Assembly (NCBI RefSeq): GCF_902713615.1
Contig: NC_052158.1
Span: forward strand, 105,598,540 to 105,662,539
Direction of reading: 5' to 3'
Source: Scyliorhinus canicula
Taxonomy: Eukaryota
DNA length: 64,000 nucleotides
Under the pieces are notes generated by a model, which was not told where the DNA came from, searched no databases, and saw nothing but the letters and a program-made list of their open reading frames with translations. Below are positions 63,624 to 64,000 of the stretch, piece by piece; position 1 is the stretch's first letter; the number at the start of each line of letters is the position of its first letter. The translations under genes and the position numbers were made by a program.

Positions 63624-64000
63624 GTGCACTTGGTAGGGCTCTCGAATGTGATGCCCTGAGCTCAAGTCGGCACATCTTCCTGTGCCTGTTAAGGACTGCA
63701 TGTGTGTAGACAGGATGGTAGGCACGTATGGAAGGGGGAATCCTGCAATGTGCTGGACACATAAACCAGCGCTTTGAGATGGAATGTTCAGAAATACAGA
63801 GAGAGGAAAACCTCATAAAAGAGCTGTTGTCCTCACAGAAGAAGTGGAATCATAATGACGAACTGGTGCTGGAGTCCCAAATCTAGCAGTGCCAATCTAG
63901 CAGAGGAGCTGATTCCAGAGATGGCATGTGAACGTGGAGCAAGATAAATTGAATCATAGAATAGATTTGCTACAGTGCAGAAGGAAGCAATTCTGACCAT

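Overview
Vertebrate nuclear DNA, most likely an elasmobranch (shark), judged from HE1-type SINEs and the CR1, Penelope and Harbinger repeat content. The only host gene is the 3' end of neuroligin-1 (NLGN1) on the + strand: last intron (1-4822), terminal coding exon (4823-5648) and a ~4.6 kb AT-rich 3' UTR. The remaining ~54 kb is intergenic and dominated by nested, mostly decayed transposons: ~20 tRNA-derived SINEs, CR1, a second CR1/L2-group LINE, L1/Tx1, Penelope, Gypsy internal fragments and solo LTRs, PIF/Harbinger remnants and MITEs. It also holds a 1.9 kb 35-bp minisatellite. Most ORF-track entries are repeat artefacts. The best leads are: (i) a diverged tandem pair of ~155-bp units in an unclassified 1.2 kb insertion that keep the same 67-nt bulged hairpin; (ii) a Penelope-type minimal hammerhead ribozyme with a U3-A8 core covariation; (iii) a natural Ala at the NLGN1 CaMKII site (T739 equivalent); (iv) a near-complete two-gene Harbinger element. 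Repeat boundaries were read by eye and are approximate unless a TSD is quoted.
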